DNA from: Squalus acanthias
Taxonomy: Eukaryota
Direction: 5' to 3'
DNA length: 64,000 nucleotides
Assembly (NCBI GenBank): GCA_030390025.1
Contig: CM059431.1
Coordinates: 127,474,001-127,538,000 of the forward strand
Part shown: positions 61,152 to 64,000 of the stretch, in pieces
Layout of the letters: each line of letters starts with the position of its first letter
Numbering within the stretch: position 1 is the first letter of the stretch
The notes under the pieces: model-generated
Seen by the model: only the letters and a program-made list of their open reading frames with translations
Databases searched by the model: none
Told to the model about the DNA's origin: nothing
Translations under genes and position numbers: made by a program

Positions 61152-64000
61152 GGCCGGAATTTTCTCGGGTGCATGTGGGCGCGATCGGAGGCGGGTCAGG
61201 TGGGAAATTTGCAATATCTTGGAGCGCGTCGGAAACCCGTCGTCATCCCGCCCCCACGTGCCTTTCTGTCGGGCACGTTGGCCGGCATGGCAGCGACCCG
61301 AATGGCAGAGGCAGGCGAGCTAATTTAAATCATGATCAGGTAGTTGTCAGACCCTTAAGAGTCTTTTGAACCATACCTTTCAAATTTCCTGGAATACCAC
61401 AGAAATCACACAGCTCGGGAACCATGTCTGTCAACCTGAGGCAGAAGTTGAGTGGCCATTGATCCAGCTGATTAGTGCACAGCATGGAAAGTACAATAAA
61501 AACTCCCACCTCACAGCTGAATCACTTTCCTCAGACAGAAGCTGTTGCTGACTGCATTCCCAGCACAGATTTAGCTTTCTAGAGGCTGGAAGTGTTTCCA
61601 GCAAAGCCGCCATCCAGTCTCACCTCATTATTAGAATCTATCACATCATTGACAGATTGCTTCTCTCAACTCTACTTGACCTGCCATCTATTACATCAGC
61701 ATGGGTGCCATTTATACTGTCTCACCGTGGTCCTCAGAATCGTACCACGATGAGCCCGAACACCAGCAGCACCAGGCACACAAGCAGCACCAACAAGGAC
61801 ACCACCAACCTTCTCCTCAATCAACTGATGCTGCACAGGACAGAGGGCATCAGCGCAGGGCTTCACTGCGCAGGAGGCGATACCTCCAACACAGGGTATA
61901 CAGGCAGAGGATGAGCTTCCTCAACATGACTGAGCAGCAGTGCCAAAGGAAGCTCAGGCTATCGCGCCAGGTCGTCGCAGACATTTGCACATTGATGGAG
62001 CAAGACCTGCAGCCCAGAGGAGCGGGTGGACATGCCTTATCAGTAGCTGTCAAAGTCACCAGCGCCCTCAACTTCTTCGCCTCAGGCTCCTTCCAGGGAT
62101 CTGCAGCAGGCATTTGCGACATCTCGCAGTCGGCCACCCACATATGCATCACACAGGTCACTGATGCCCTGTTTGACAAGTCAGCCAATTATATCAACTT
62201 TGCCACTGATGAAGCCAGTGTTACTGAGTGGGCGCTCGGCTTTGCCACTCTGGCTGGCTTCCCACGGGTGCAGGGCATCATCGACTGCACACATGTGGCC
62301 ATCAGGGCAGCCCATCATCACCCAGGAGTCTTTGTCAACCACAAGGTCTTCCACTCTATCAATGTGCAGCTGGTCTGCAACCACAGGGAGATCATCATGC
62401 ATGTGTGCGCCAAATTCCCTGGCAGCTGCCATGACTTTTTCACTCTTCTAAACAGACTTTCCAGCTGGCTGCTTGGAGATAAGGGCTATCCACTGAAGAC
62501 ATGACTCATGACACCCTTGAGGTGGCCAAGTACAGAGGCCCAGGAGAGATATAATGAAATCCACATTTCCACCAGATGTATCATAGAGCAGACAATAGGC
62601 ATGCTGAAAATGCACTTCAGATGCCTTGACAGATCTGGAGGAGCCCTTCAGTACGCACCAGCCTGAGTCTCCAGAATTGTCGTGGTCTGCTGTGTCATGC
62701 ACAACATAGCGCAGTAGCAAGGATTAGCGCTGCATGGGGAGCAAGGCACAGGGCGCACAGACTCTTCAAGGAGGAGGAGGAGGAGCATCAGCTGGAAGAC
62801 GAGGAGGAGGAGCAGGAGGAACCTGTGGTCCAGATTCCGCCAGCACCCAAGCACATTGCTGCCGGGAGGCCAGGGATGGCCTCATCATGACCAGATTTAC
62901 TTAACTTTACACAGTACATCCATATGGCTGCCACATGCTGCGTCAGGTTGGCACCACTCCACAGCAACACCATAAAGCATCCCTACAATGACCAAACCAT
63001 TCCTTTCACACTGATCAACATTGCTGGAGGTAACGTTATGTCTCACCATTCACTCCAACTCATTAAGCCACTTCCAAAGGTGCGCACAAATTTGTCCAAG
63101 ATCCGGAAAGTGTTGAAAATAAAGATTTTTATGTGTGACATCACAGTAATTGAAACTTTACAGAAACTTTGAATAAAACACCCAAGTGCTTACCCTTGTG
63201 AATCTACTTGTGTGTCATCTTTCTCTTACGTGTGCTGCTACAAGGTGCTAACCCTGTGGCTTCAGCAGAGCTAAAGGCAGATTGCTCGCTTCCCTGCTCC
63301 TTAGACACTCTTGGAGGACGTTCTCTGGGTTTTGGAGCCTCTGATGGCCCCACCAAAGTCTGCTCCTCCAGCGACTGTGCAGGGGCAGACTCGGCCATTG
63401 CCATTCGAGGAAGCATCTGGGGATCTGACTGAGGGGGTGGCAACGGGGGAGAAGTGTGAGCGCTTTGAGAGGAGTCCCCACTGCCATCTCCCCTCTCTCC
63501 ATTATCCCTCTCATGGACCACCCGCACTTCCCTGCTAGAAAGGAGCTGGAGAGCACCTTGTTGCACAGCAGTGGGGCCATGAGGACCCACGTCTACATTG
63601 GCATCCCTCCTAGAGAGGAGGTCTATGACCCTCTGCCAGCTATTTTCCATAGAGACCATGTGCTCCTGTGAGTGACGCATTAGCTGCTTCATGCAGGTGG
63701 CTATCCTTTCCAAGAGCCTACAGTCGCCATCGCCTGCGACATAATGGTGTTCATGTTGGAGACGGACTCCTCCATTCTCTGCACATTTGCAGACATCGCG
63801 CTCTTAAAACCTCTCAAAGCCTCCTGCACTCCTTGCTGCACCTCCAGGATCGCTCTCTTTCTGGATGGCTCCCGAGGCTCAGCGTCTGCATGCAGGTGAG
63901 CAGAGCTGGGAGCGTCCTGTGCCCTCCGGCGAGGAATCTCCACTGCTGTCCCTTTCGCCAGCATCTGTTCTTGCTCACTTGTGAGCTGTGACACACCAGG
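61152..64000. mobile_element. Harbinger copy 5, running off the window end; same family as copy 4
   Basis: Terminus GGCCGGAATTTT; last exon of the Myb-like gene at 63204-64000 (-). Confidence 0.88.
61701..62905 (+). pseudogene. Harbinger DDE transposase with in-frame stops
   Basis: [42 protein letters not shown]. Confidence 0.9.

Noticed and set aside
61701..62905. Domesticated host HARBI1 gene
   Set aside because: It has stops and deletions, lies next to a TIR with a partner Myb gene, and has multiple decayed paralogues.

Overview
Repeat-dense vertebrate genomic DNA, most likely from a cartilaginous fish (inferred from CR1 LINEs with (ATAGAAC)n-type tails and Deu-domain SINEs of the SacSINE1/AmnSINE type). 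No complete host gene can be identified; two minus-strand exon candidates are noted. The centrepiece is a very young 9.46-kb LTR provirus (27665-37128, minus strand; two 1693-bp LTRs with 3 differences seen by eye; GTGT target duplication). It has an intact gag and an env made of an Ig-like domain plus a class I fusion protein, reminiscent of lokiretrovirus Env, but it has no pol. Where pol should be, the gag stop sits in a TGA-CTAG readthrough context and continues in frame into an ORF whose coiled coil is a diverged copy of gag. A second, diverged and truncated element next door (38072-~42715) has the same readthrough and gag-copy design, and its LTR is interrupted by a related solo LTR. Also present: a head-to-head inverted Penelope insertion with hammerhead-like motifs, five diverged two-gene Harbinger transposons plus MITEs, an RTE LINE with a 76-bp target duplication, and many CR1/L2-like LINE and SINE fragments. 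All calls were made by eye; no database searches were run.
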